From Octopus vulgaris (taxonomy: Eukaryota), in NCBI GenBank assembly GCA_951406725.2, contig OX597815.1:25420001-25484000 (forward strand): a stretch of DNA of 64,000 nucleotides, written 5' to 3'. The notes under the pieces were generated by a model. The model had not been told where the DNA came from. It ran no database searches and saw only the letters and a program-made list of their open reading frames with translations. This document shows, piece by piece, positions 24,150 to 36,714 of the stretch. Numbering within the stretch: position 1 is the first letter of the stretch; each line of letters begins with the position of its first letter. Position numbers and translations under genes: made by a program.

Positions 24150-24413
24150 TCTATTCTAATGCATTCTATACTACCTTATTTTGCATGCCATTCGTTCTCA
24201 TTTTCACCATCACTAACAAAATGCGTGGATATCCAGGATTTCAAAAGTAATAATAGTGAGAAAATGTTAGCCTGTCACGTACACACACACTCAAACGCAT
24301 GCATCCATCAACACACACGCGCTAATATTTGATTATACTGATCTCAGCGTTTCTATGTGGTGCGTTTTACGTGTCAACAAAGCACATTCCCAGACTACTA
24401 CTCTCCCACACTC

Positions 24414-24473
<60 letters not shown>

Positions 24474-24622
24474 CTTACCTACCTACCTACCTACCTACCT
24501 ATCTAGCTATCTATCTATCTACCTACCTACCTACCTACCTACCTACTTACCTACCTACCTACCTATCTATCTATCTATCTATCTACCTACCTACCTACCT
24601 ACCTACCTATCTATCTATCTAT
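24414..24622. repeat. compound (TCTA)n/(CCTA)n microsatellite
   Basis: Directly visible; explains spurious ORFs 24329-24637. Confidence 0.95.
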
Positions 24623-24805
24623 GGAATCAATAGGTAGGTAGGTGGGTCGGTCGGTAGATAGACAGACATACTGACCGACAGATAGCTGACTTAATCTTAA
24701 GTTCTCTCGGTATCCATGGAGTATCAGGTGATGAGCGATCTCCAACTATTAGATTCACAAGCCTGTCAGAAGCCTACTCTCAAGCCAAACCCATATCTTC
24801 TAGAC

Positions 24806-24984
24806 CAGTGGTTTTCAACCAGGGTTCCGCAAGAAGTTACAAAACTGCTAAAATCGGCAGTAATTTTTAATTCTTCTGTGCAGATATGTGTGCATAAGAC
24901 TATTAAATTATTGCACTGGGGTTCCTCGAGCCAGTGGAATGTTTCCTTGGGGTTCCGCTCCAGCAAAAAGTTTGAAAAGCACTG
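24806..24984. mobile_element. hAT-type MITE, copy 1
   Basis: TIRs cagtggttttcaac / tttgaaaagcactg; near-identical to 25899-26079; TSD not preserved. Confidence 0.75.
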
Positions 24985-25683
24985 TTCCCTCTTCCACAAT
25001 CCTCAACCAGATTTTGACAGGGCTTTGCCTCCTATGTTCCTTCTCTAACTACTACTTGGGTGTCTCTCACTGGTATTTTCATGAGCATGCATAGCACATT
25101 GCCGTCTTCTGACGTTGCATGGTGATGGTGGATTTCACGAGGATCCAGCAAACAGAGATAGGGATAACTCATGGATCTTGACTTCCCTAACAATTTCTTA
25201 TCACCATATCCACGTTCCAAGGGACATAACTCTGATGAACTAACAATTTTGCCATGGGTTTAGCCTGAGTGGTTTCTTCGTGAATTTCACCTCAGTTTAT
25301 AACTGCTCTACAAACCACAAAACAGATTTTACTCTTCCAAGCCCCCCAAAGACAAAGAACTATTCTATTCTTTTCAGTCATTTTCGATGATTGCTGGAAT
25401 TGATTCTCTACCTCTGATATGAAATCAAATTGGTAATTTGGCTCTTATGAGACTATAACAGTATCATTTTGGTTTCAAATTTGGCACAAGGTCAGCAATT
25501 TCTGGATGTATGTGTGTGTGGGGGGGGGGGGCTAAGCCGATTACATCGGCTCCAGGGCTCAACTGGTACTTAGTTTATCAACTCTGAAAGGATGAAAGGC
25601 TAAGTCGATCTCGGCGGAATTTGAACTTAAAACGTAAAAGCATTATCCGATTTGATAATTCAGCCAACTCGTCTAACAATACC

Positions 25684-25845
25684 TATTTCTTTATTACCCA
25701 CAATGGGCTAAACACAGAGGGGACAAACAAGGACAGACATAGGTATTAAGTTGATTACATCGACCCCAGTGCGTAACTGGTACTTAATTTATCGACTCCG
25801 AAAGGATGAAAGGCAAAGTCGACCTCGGCGGAATTTGAACTTAAA
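25684..25845 (-). mobile_element. SINE family A copy
   Basis: Reverse complement of the 1-151 sequence. Confidence 0.8.
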
Positions 25846-25898
25846 ACGTAAAAGCATTTTATCCGATTTGACAATTCAGCCAACTCGTCTAACAATAC

Positions 25899-26079
25899 CA
25901 GTGGTTTTCAACCAGGGGTTCCGCAAGAAGTTACAAAACTGCTAAAATCGGCAGTAATTTTTAATTCTCCTGTGCAGATATGTGTGCATAAGACTATTAA
26001 ATTATTGCACAGGGGGTTCCTCGAGCCAGTGGAATGTTTCCTTGGGGTTCCGCTCCAGCAAAAAGTTTGAAAAGCACTG
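25899..26079. mobile_element. hAT-type MITE, copy 2, with 8-bp TSD
   Basis: CAGTG..CACTG TIRs; AACAATAC duplicated at 25891-25898 and 26080-26087. Confidence 0.85.
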
Positions 26080-26294
26080 AACAATACCAACAATAATCCT
26101 TTCTATTATAGGCACAAGGCCTGAAATTGGGGGTAGGGGGAAGAGGGTGAAAGTCGATCACAACGACCCCAATACTTGACTGGTCCTTAATTTATCGACC
26201 AACAATACTAATAATAATAATTCTTCGAAACATCGCCTTCTTTTTTTTTGTATTATAGGCACAAGGCCTGAAATGTTGGGGGAAGAGTAAGTGG

Positions 26295-26706
26295 GGATCT
26301 TTTCGGTTTGAACGGCAGTTTTTTCTAGCGGTGTCATATGAAATTGTCACCCATAATTATGAACCTAGTATCGATCTATTGCATTTCAATGTTTTAGGGT
26401 TAGGGTTAGTTAGAGTTAGGGGTGGGAGAAGGGTATCATTTTTCTTCAGAAATGTAAATAAACCCAATCTGTTTCTTAAACGATGGACATATTCATACAG
26501 CACAGAATGTTTTCACCTCAATAGACGTCATTGATTGGTTGAAATTGCAGAAAAAAAACAAATATCTTACAAACTATAGAATTTTCTCAATAAAGCCAAG
26601 AGAAAAAGATGTTTTAAAAACACATTCTACCAGTATACGAAGTTTAAAAGTGTTTAGTTTGGTGGAAATTATTTAAAAAAAAGTGCCGTTCAAACCGAAA
26701 AGATCC
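26295..26706. mobile_element. non-autonomous element with ~29-bp terminal inverted repeats and internal TTAGGG-like repeats
   Basis: ggatcttttcggtttgaacggcagttttt / aaaaagtgccgttcaaaccgaaaagatcc; ttagggttagggttagttagagttaggg at ~26394-26422; flanked by a ~54-bp duplication. Confidence 0.8.
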
Positions 26707-29700
26707 TTTTTTTTGTATTATAGGGCACAAGGCCTAAAATTTTGGGGGAAGAGTAAGTGGATTACATTGACCACGGTGCTCAACTGGTACTTATTTTATC
26801 GATTCTCGAAAGATAAAAAGCTAAGTCCCATTTCGACTTAATAATGAAATTAAAAGTAAAAAGATAATACTATGTCTGTGAAGAAAAAAAAAAATAGAAA
26901 TCAGCATCAGTTATTAAATAACAAGGGTTGCTTTTGGTTTAGTGTTCAAAATTATTCGGAACTACTTTTTTTGAAAACATTAACATATAACGTAATTAAA
27001 AAAGAAAAAATTACTTCGTTATAAAACCTAAATTATGTTGGAGTAATTCATTGTTTAACCAACATATGCTGCGTTTGTTATACTAGTTTGGCATGAGAAA
27101 ATAGTTCTCATGAGGGAAGCTGAACAGTTTCCATGCCAAAACTACACTAACCGCTTAAAATGCATTTGGTTACATCCACCTATATTTTAGTTCATTTATT
27201 TCGACATATCCATGGAACTGCAGGTAAACGATGACAACAATAGGTGGTTTTTCGAAAATTTCAAACCGCCCCTGCTATCTTCGTTGTTTGAAATCCTACC
27301 TACTCGTTAGATATAACGGCACTTGGATAGGATAGGATCTGAGGAAATTCAGGCATCGCATCTCAGTACCTGTCAACAAAATCCCAAAGGGTACATTAAA
27401 AGCCACGTGAGCCACTATTATTATACGACCGTGTAGCAATTGCGCATGCTCGTAATTTGTCTGGGGGAAACTGCTGTAAGTATTTCCACTGCTCATGTCC
27501 TTGTTAATAATTTGTTTACAAACAGATCTTCTCAATAATTCATATTCACGATCGGTCACTAACATCCAGCAATTTTACAATCACCTCTCTGATTGGTAGA
27601 ATAAGAATTCTTATTTGATGGCCTTGCTAAGTCTTGGTAAAGCGAATTCATTGCACCCAGGTCATTGATTCTAAATTACAATCGATGGAACATCAATTCA
27701 ATGCAACATGCTAGATGGATGTTCAAATTTTCACATTTACCGAAAATTTCTCGACCCTATTTAATGTTTAATGCAATAATTGTATCGGATGTAGCAATTT
27801 CGTGAACTGACGCTAAATTACTTAAGCTTGCTCGATTTGTGTAAGATCACCCAGAAACAGTTTTCCATTGTCCCCCTGTTTAGCAATCCATAAACGGATG
27901 GATGCCCCCTTTTTTTATATATATATATATATATAAAGCCTTAAATTAATAGTCAAGTAATCTCCGATTTTATGTGATGAAAGCGGAGGGAACCGCACAA
28001 ATACAAATGTGCGAATCAGTTGCCAGGTGATACAATATCCATACCCAGATTTTTCATTTGTTAATATTCGTATTTTCGACTGTTACACGATACTTTTATT
28101 TGAACGTATAGTAAATGTGAATAACCCGCCTCGTCATTTCGAACGAATTGATACGAAACTATAGAATATGGGAAATCGCAGTGTAAAAAACATATTTAAA
28201 AAGACAAAGTTTGGGGTGATGGACTCTTTAACAAGGGGAATTAATTTGTCGTATTACTATAGTAAACATAAAGAAAGCACAATTGAGAGTGGGGCATTTG
28301 GGAGACGATCACCTGCTAGACATAGCAACCACATATCAAATTACGCATACACACATGAGAATACGCAAGCTCGCATAGAGGTGAATAAAGTAAAACAAAC
28401 TACACTGAATCAAAAAATTTTTAACAAATTATCGCCAATGGTATAAAATGATATACCTGATGTAACAAAGTGATAACTGCAAAATCCGATTTTTTTGTAA
28501 ATTGCATATGATTTATTCCATTTTTCAATTAGTAAACTGCAAATAATTAAACAGTATAATGATGTGTAAATGCTTTTGGGTGATAAGCCTGGCAACAATC
28601 ACATAAACGTTCACTTGCGTGTGTTTTGGTCAGGTAAACTCCTGTAAATAGTCTATTTTTGTATCTTATATCGTCTTGGTTTCATTGTCAGTCCCACAAA
28701 TATATTTACCAAAAACCAAAGATCGCCGAAGAGAATGTTAAATTAATACATTTCCTTGTACAATGCGAAAACTTTCTGTATACACTCACGTATTTATCAA
28801 ACGCATTCCCGATTATTGACAGTCGTTTGTTTACTTTTCAATTCATTTGCCATCTTTTATATACATACTTCGAAAGATCGCCCACTTTCGATTTTTAGTC
28901 GTACACTGTATTTGCTGTGGAGGGAAGAAGCAATGAGAACGACTGGAATTTTAGAGATTGTCGTAGGAGTTCTTCATACGTACATATATACCCGTTGAAG
29001 AGAAAGAGAGAGAAAAAACAGCATAGAAGAAACAATACATCAAAAAATTACAGAGGCTAAATTTATTTAGCATCCACAAAAAGCAAGTTTCTGCGATCTT
29101 TTAATATGAAAGAAATAGTAAAAGAAAGTTTCTATCTTCTGCTTTTCTTACACTAATTATTTTTTAAGTTTCCAAGTCAGCACCTTTAGACAGGGATTTT
29201 GTTAATCATGTTAAAAAAAAAAAGAAAAGAAAAAGCAAACAATAAAACTGACTTTGTTAATTGCTGGCAGAATGTTAACCAATAGTTAGCCTTGATCGAA
29301 CAGACTTGCAATCAAAGACATTCTGGCCATGACTAGCCCATCTTTTTGCTCAGGCATAAAGTTCTAATTATGTTATCTAATTGTATTCTTTTTAAAGAGA
29401 GTAGTGTGTTAATTAAGTATGCTATTTTTAGCATGTTGAGCAATGTAACCTTGTAGAAATTCATTCACTGACTGTAGTTCTTAGTTTTTTTTACTGTTAA
29501 AGTTTTGCCTTTTATTAAAAATTGTCTTACTCATTTTTAAACCCAGCAAGAATCCTAGCCTCAGCTCCATCTCAATTTTAACCCTAACCCTAAGTAAAAC
29601 ACCTTCTTTGTAGCATACCTCTAATAATAAACAGTTTTCTAAATTAATCTCTTCTCACTTCATCTCCTTGCTTACACTCTTCAAGCACAGCTTTAATTGA

Positions 29701-30386
29701 AAATGCTTTGTACTCTTATAAAGTACACCATCTATTCAAGCCAACAAAGGAGCCTCTATGCTATGTATCCAGAACCCCTTACTCTCAGGCAAAATCTTGC
29801 CCATATTTAAAATTCAAAACTGCATGCTGATAAGTCTCGAAAATCTGATTTTGAAACACAAATAGTTTCAAAAGTTTTAAGACCAAAACAGTAATTTTAT
29901 CTTCATCATCATCATCATCAATTCATATCCACTTTCCATGCTAACATGGACTGGATGGTTCAATGGGATCCAACAAGTGAGAGGACCATGTCTCACTCCA
30001 GTATCTCGATTCTGGCATTGATTCTATGGCTGAATGTACTTCTTAACACCAACCACTTTACAGAGTGTACTGGGTGCAATTTTCCATGACACCCAACACT
30101 GGAGAGGGTATCTTGTTCATGATGAAGTCCTCAATCTTGTGATGTTTCAGCTTGATTTTCCAACCTCTTTGCAAAGCTTCTAGGTGCATCTTTCATGCAC
30201 CAGTATGAGTGAGGTCATCTTGCAACTTGCAGGGTGAAAGGGCCCACTATGTGTGAAAGAGAAAATAGGAGAGAGTAGTTACTTTAGATGAAATGTTGAG
30301 AGGAGTTAAGCTATGATGGGAGGAATGGATTTATTGTGAGATTTGGTAGGCGGAAACTGAGAGACCTCCTATATGTGTGTGTGTGT

Positions 30387-30609
30387 GAGCTGGCAGAATC
30401 GTTAGCATGCTGGGCGAAATGATTAGCGGTATTTTGTCTGCCGCTACGTTCTGAGTTCAAATTCCGCCGAGGTCAACTTTGCCTTTCATCCTTTCGGGGT
30501 CGATAAATTAAGTACCAGTTACACACTGGGGTCGATATAATCGACTTAATCCATTTGTCTGTCCTTGTTTGTCTTCTCTGTATAGCCCCTTGTGGGTAGT
30601 AAAGAAATA
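30387..30609 (+). mobile_element. SINE family A, near full length
   Basis: tRNA-like head (gagctggcagaatcgttagc..gagttcaaattcc), core and tail as at 34652. Confidence 0.85.
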
Positions 30610-31863
30610 GCTACCAAACTGCTCTGAAATCACACTGTACTTTCTTATGTAATACCCTTAAATAACACCCTACTGTCTTAAGTATAAAAGGATACATTGG
30701 ACAATGTAACCCTACAAAAAGACAAGATAGACACTTTTGAAAATGTTTGATCATAGGGCTGCATGATTAAAGCTGACTTATGGCTAAACAAGTGTGAGCC
30801 CTATAGAAAATGGAAAAGGATTTTTCCCCAGAGGATGGCAAGAGAAATGCGCTGAAACAGCCACTCTGAGTTATGGAGCTCACACATGTGAACAGCCATC
30901 TCCATCCTGATAGCACTGAGCAGGGGAAGCTGGAGGTTGCCATTGCCACAGGCTCGGCTATAAACCAGTTGGAGAGCGACTGATACACAGGTAGCTTGCT
31001 TTTCTCAGCCTGATGAGCAGCAGAGCCTGGGCTGGTATCTGACTACCCCAAGTTGCTACTGGAGAAGGTGTCACAGCATGTGATATCCCAGATGAGGGGC
31101 CTGCCATCATGGAATGGGAAAATTATCATACCATCTAGCCTTTTACCATTCCCTCAGTCTAGCCCCACTGGCTTAAGCTGGGAAGGGAAGCCTGCAGCAT
31201 CTAAGCCATGCTTTATGATCATCTTGTTTAGGGTGGCATGGTGTGGAATGTGGCCAGTACTATGATGACATGACTGGATGCAAAGCCTCAGGGACATGCC
31301 GATCACAGACAGTCGCTGTTAAGCTGAGTGCCAGACTATCTTTAAACATGTAAGTATCATAAATGCTTGTCAAAAAAGCTCATCTCGCTGATTGGCAAGG
31401 GTTCACTCCCCAGCTCACAGATACATTATTTCCATTCTTTCTCTCCACTTCCTGCTACTCTGAATCTCCTGATATGCACACCATGTCTCTACTGCTCTCA
31501 TGCCCTTTACTAAACATTTATTCAATCCTTTTTACCCAGTACTGCACTCCTCTGAAATTTATCTCAGCTTAAATTTTTTTTATCACACACATCAGCCAAT
31601 AGGAACTGAAATCCTTTATTATCAATCTTATTAACTTCACCAGGAAGGTTCTGTTTAGTGGAGAAATACTAATTGGTCAATGCCAAGTGGAATTTTGAAT
31701 CACATTAAATATAATTCAAAACTTCACTTGAGACTTAATGAGTGAAGTGTTAAGATCCTTAAGATACTAATATATCATTGATTCAAGTAATGTTTCAAGA
31801 ACTCTTATTCCTTTAACTCAGACTAAATTATTATTGTTTTCAGATTTTTATTCTTCCCAAAAA

Positions 31864-31935
31864 ATGGCTGCGGAAGTCAATGAAAAGCCAACACATCAGG
31901 AAGAAACTTCTTTGTTACCAAGTAGTCTTGAAGAA
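31864..31935 (+). CDS. EXD3: EXD3/MUT-7/Nibbler exonuclease, putative first coding exon
   Basis: Acceptor at 31843, AAAATGG start context, MAAEVNEKPTHQEETSLLPSSLEE|gtaag, phase 0 matching the next exon. Sequence is not conserved and the start is uncertain. Confidence 0.6.
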
Positions 31936-32105
31936 GTAAGCATTTGATTATATTTTTGTCTATTGTTAAATACTATCTCAAAAATTATTATTTAAAATAT
32001 ATATAGTCATTGTTGTTGGTGTTGTTATCATCATCATCATCATCATCATCGCCATCCTCTTCCATTCACCCCCCCCTCGTCATCGTCATTGTCATTTTAC
32101 ATATA

Positions 32106-32975
32106 CATGATCTGATCAATATGTATCCGGACTGTTACCACAGTAATGAGGCTAAAGCACACAAAGTAAAGCCACTTGGCACAGATTGACCTTGAACTCT
32201 GCTGTGTATGTGCACTAAGTTTTAACGTTCTAGCTTACTTCTGCTATTTACAGCTGTGCTTGGAAGTAATGTGTGTAATGTGATCATCACATTGACCATG
32301 ACAGGGAAAGTAGTGCAGAAAATCTGCATCAAATTTTGCCAAAAGCTTGGCGATAGCTACTCAGAGGCCTATGCAAAGTTTGCAAAAAGTTTCCATCATT
32401 TTCGACACTAGATCTTGTGCAACTGAAACCCGAGTGTCTTTTTGGTCAGCTGAAAGCAGATTTGGCACAATCTTGGCATCTCATACCCAAATCTTCAGTG
32501 ATAATGGACTGAAGTGAACTGTAACTAATCTGCACAGCTCCTGATAACTCATGGATGGTGATTTAATGATTTCCCCTCAAAGCTGCATGCACATCTGCAA
32601 TATTTTTCTCAGTTCTGCTGGTTGCAGGTCTCCCAGAAGGTTCATCACTATTGACATTTTTTTCAGCCATCTTGGAAATGTCTGAACCATTCATACACTT
32701 GTGTGTCACTCATACAATCCTTTCCATACACTTTCTGCAACTTTGCATAGGCCTCTGAACAGTTATCACCATGACAACTTTTTCTGTCATGGTCAATGCA
32801 ACAACCACATGTTACTTCCAAGCACTGCTGTAAACAAGGAAAGTGAGCTAGAACATTAAAACTTAGTGTGAATGCACAACAGAGGTGAAGGTCAATCTGT
32901 GCCAAGCAGCTTCATTCTGTGTGCTTTAGTTTCATTATTATGGCAACAGTCCGAATACTTATTGATCAGACCTCA
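32106..32975. mobile_element. mariner-derived element with two inverted 5' ends
   Basis: TA-flanked; ~280-bp diverged inverted arms that each include the transposase start (MTGKVVQKICIKFCQKLGDSYSEAYAK / SEAYAKLQKVYGKDCMSDTQVYEWFRHFQDG). Confidence 0.8.
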
Positions 32976-33679
32976 TATTTTCCTCATTGACATGGGTTGG
33001 CCAGCTCTCAGGAGCCAAATCACTTCATATTCAGAATTACTGCTCTTCTAGACAGTTTCTATGTTTGGATGTCTTTCCTATCACCAGCAACAGAAACATC
33101 ATGTCTTTGATAAAACTAAAAGGTCTTCACTCTTTTACCTACAACTTTATAGAGTATACTGAGGGCATTTTATCATGGTACCAATATAATTGATATTGTT
33201 TTGTATCTTGTAAGGCTAGTCCCTATTTTAAAAGCAAAAGAAAATTTATGAGGCAAATTTAACTGCTATAATGGACAAATCATACAGCTAAAAATCATAC
33301 AATTCAAATTCAGAAAATAATGATTGCAACTAGTGAAGAGATAGGTTTTCAGTTTTTATGAAATCTAAGATTTCTAAATGGATATTGGGTCTGCAATCTG
33401 TTTGAAATATATAATGAGCACTTTTACAAATGATTTTTCTGACTAAATACTGAGATGTTTTCTTCTTCTTGGATAATGATGATTGTTGCATTGATGATGT
33501 TGTTAATCAAGACTTTTTTTTTTTTAATATCTCTCTCTCTCTCTCTTTAGTGCCATGTCCTACATTGTGGACATGGGCGACCTTTGTAAAGTACCAGTTG
33601 AGTACTGGGGCTGATGTAATAAATTTTCCTCCTCCCCTGAAATTATTGGCCTTGTGCCAAAATATGAAACCAATGACAA

Positions 33680-34030
33680 TTGCATCTGGCCCAGCAGCTT
33701 TGACGGCAGGATCTTTGGACCCTCATTAGAGTCGGGAAAACTAGGCAAAGTTGCTGTTGCATCATGAAATGAGCCACCTGTGTACTCTGTCCATCTATTC
33801 AAAATGTCAATCTTCTCAACTAACATGGTATCAGCCTTTGCACAGATACATTTGAAGTTTGTGCATCCTGACTTTCTCCCAGAGATCTCATTTATCTTCT
33901 GATGTACCTTGTATCCTACTGGGAATAGCCTTTCAATTTCTTCACACTGTTCATTCATCCAGGTCTTTTTAGACTCCCTATACTTACATTTAATCAATCT
34001 TTCCAGCTCTTTATACTCTTTGGCTTTTCT
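33680..34030 (-). mobile_element. RTE LINE ORF fragment
   Basis: ORF 33560-33997: CKYRESKKTWMNEQCEEIE..HQKINEISG..EKIDILNRWTEY, the region between EN and RT in RTE elements. Confidence 0.65.
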
Positions 34031-34136
34031 GTTACTGATTTATGTATATAGATTCATTTATTGGTAACCATCATGTTGTGGTCTTTGGCAATGAATATTA
34101 CTTTATTTTGCTTCATTAAATTGATGTAATTGTATT

Positions 34137-34297
34137 TCAATGTGACAGTCCCATAAGGGAATTACACCACCGCCATTTAGCCCTAGGAAACATCGACGTT
34201 TCCTGTCGGCTTTGACACATAAAGCCGACAGGAAACGTCAATGTTTCCCAGGGCTAAATGGCAGTGGTGTAATTCCCTTACGGGACTGTCACATTGA
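34137..34297. repeat. 77-bp-arm inverted repeat within a TSD-flanked insertion
   Basis: Arms 34137-34213 and 34221-34297, loop gacacat; TAATTGTATTTCA duplicated at 34127-34139 and 34373-34385. Confidence 0.9.
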
Positions 34298-34455
34298 GTT
34301 GACAGTATACGACCACTATACCGCTCCACCACCGCTCATGTCTCTCTGAGACATTTAGAAATTCAATATTTCTAATTGTATTTCAGTTTTATTGTAAATC
34401 TTATTAAGCTACTTTTGTTAATCTCAGTTATGTTATTTTATATACTTTTATCCAG

Positions 34456-34592
34456 AAATGTTTGAATTTTATACTGAAAAACATGTGGGGAAAATTTTGT
34501 AAGTTTATGGAGGAAGATATATCAAACAGAGAGAATGTTGTTCGATTCTTCGACAACATGCTTGATGAAGACTTCGAAGCTGATGTTCTCAG
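34456..34592 (+). CDS. EXD3: EXD3 exon
   Basis: tccag|..AG|gtaatg; KCLNFILKNMWGKFCKFMEEDISNRENVVRFFDNMLDEDFEADVL(R); phases 0/2. Confidence 0.75.
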
Positions 34593-34651
34593 GTAATGAC
34601 CCTTCATGTATTCTACATATTTAAATGTATTCACTCATACAGATACAAACA

Positions 34652-34879
34652 GGCAGCGAGCTGGCAGAAACGTTAGCACGCCGGGCGAAATGCTTAGCAG
34701 TATTTCGTCTGCCGTTACGTTCCAAGTTCAAATTCTGCCGAGGTCGACTTTGCCTTTCATCCTTTCGGGGTCAATAAATTAAGTACCAGTTACGCACTGG
34801 GGTCGATGTAATCGACTTAATCCCTTTGTCTGTCCTTGTTTGTCCCCTCTATGTTTAGCCCCTTGTGGGCAATAAAGAA
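34652..34879 (+). mobile_element. SINE family A, full length
   Basis: ggcagcgagctggcagaaacgttagc head through aataaagaa tail. Confidence 0.88.
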
Positions 34880-35837
34880 GTAACAAACAATATACACAAA
34901 CATATGATCCCAAATATTTATTTTCCGATTAGAAAATATAGTTTTGAAAGAATCTAGGTTTAGTAAGTATTGATAATTAGCTGTATAATTATAATTTGGT
35001 ATAATTTTGGTTATGGGGTTATTTGATATTGAGATGGTAATATTGTCTAAATTTCAATGCTGCACCCTTTTGCAGTTGGAATCTCTTTTGCTTAAAATAG
35101 TCAGATTAGTATCTTTATTTTTATTTTTAAGATTTGGGAAAGATTCTCGTATTTGTGTTTGTGAATGTGTTCAGCTAAAATTTTAACTTTTCATTGGAAC
35201 AGTGAAGGAGTACAATAAAACTTAGATTCTTCATCATCATCATTGTCGTTTAATGTCTACTTTCGATGCTGGCATGAGTTGGATGATTTAACTGGGGACT
35301 GGCAAGCCAGAAGGCTGCAACAGGCTCCAATCTGATCTGGCAAAGTTTCTACAGCTGGATGCCCTTCCTAACGCCAACAAATCTGAGAGTGTAGTGGGTG
35401 CTTTTTACGCGCCACTGGTACGAGGGCCAGTCAGGCAGTACTGGCATTGTTTACACTCAAATTTACACAGTTTACTTGTTCAGAGCAGTAAAATCTCTTA
35501 TCATAGAGTTATATCAGGGGAAACCAGAGCTGATGGTTGCCATTGACTAACACATGAAACTATATAAACCTGCTGATAGTTTAGGGTGTTTGTATAGTAG
35601 CAGCAGAACTCCTGATTTTTGTAGAGGATCTGAGGAATCCTAACTTTTGTGATGTAGTTTTGGTAATGAAATATATGATGTTGTCATGAGAATATACATA
35701 TGGGAGATTTATTGTTGGTTGTTAGTTTGACGGTTTCAGTTGTATGTTATTCATGTGAAGGGAGAGTGTTTAATGCAAGACTTTCATTTCCACTTCATCT
35801 ATTATTTTAGCATCCTTAAAGTCATATAAAAAAGGTA

Positions 35838-36340
35838 TCATCATCATCATCATTGTTTAACGTCCGTTTTCCATGCTAGCATGGGTTGGACGGTTCAACC
35901 GGGATCTGGGAAGCCAGAAGGCTGCACCAGGCTCCAGTCTGATCTGGCAGTGTTTCTACAGCTGGATGCCCTTCCTAACGCCAACCACTCTGTGAGTGTA
36001 GTTGGTGCTTTTTATGTGCCACCGGCACAGGCGCCAGGCGAGGCTGGCAACGGCCACGATCGGTTGGTGCTCTTTTACGTGCCACCAGCACGGAAGCCAG
36101 TCAAGGTGGCGCTGGCATCGGCCACGTTTGGATGGTGCTTTTTACGTGCCACCAGCACAGGGATCACAACTACAATTTCCATTGATTTTTGATGTTGATG
36201 TACTTGACTCAATAGGTCTCCTCAAGCACAGGGTCGAAATGATGTTTCTTTACTTGCCACCTGGGCAGGAGTCAGTCCAGCGGCACTGGCAACTGCTGGG
36301 TGCCAGTCATAGGATTGGTTCAATTTCGATTCCGATTCCG
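35838..36340 (-). mobile_element. SINE-like family C copy
   Basis: (CAT)n followed by the reverse complement of the 2970-3531 element. Confidence 0.8.
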
Positions 36341-36625
36341 AAATAGTACAACTCAAATAGTTTTGTACTTCAGCTGTGTGGGCATTTATCTGGGATTTTT
36401 TTTACTGTAAACCAATTATAAAATATTTTAACTATTTGGAAAACAATTTGTTCAGTAGATTAGGAAACACAATTGTTTGTAAACAGTATGATATGTTTGT
36501 TAAGAACATTGTACATGCATTTTTGAATATACAATAACCAGTTTTCATCTTTTTAGTCTGAGATATTTTCTCTTTTTTTTTTTCTTCACAATCACTAACA
36601 AGATTGAATGCTTATTTATTTGTAG

Positions 36626-36714
36626 GAGACACTCACATTTCCATGGTAGACTTTCTCGAAATATTGTTAAAAAGTGGTTGGGTAAGATTGTAAAACTCTA
36701 TGAATTTCCTAAAG
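36626..36714 (+). CDS. EXD3: EXD3 exon
   Basis: tgtag|..AAAG|gtgagt; RHSHFHGRLSRNIVKKWLGKIVKLYEFPK(G); phases 2/1. Confidence 0.8.

Noticed and set aside
24329-24637. ORFs of YLSI/YLPT repeats
   Set aside because: Microsatellite translations.
27296-27565. 89-aa minus-strand ORF in the CpG-rich region
   Set aside because: No homology recognised and no supporting downstream exons.
31005-31040. CTGATGAG hammerhead-like half core
   Set aside because: No matching stem II or GAAA element downstream.
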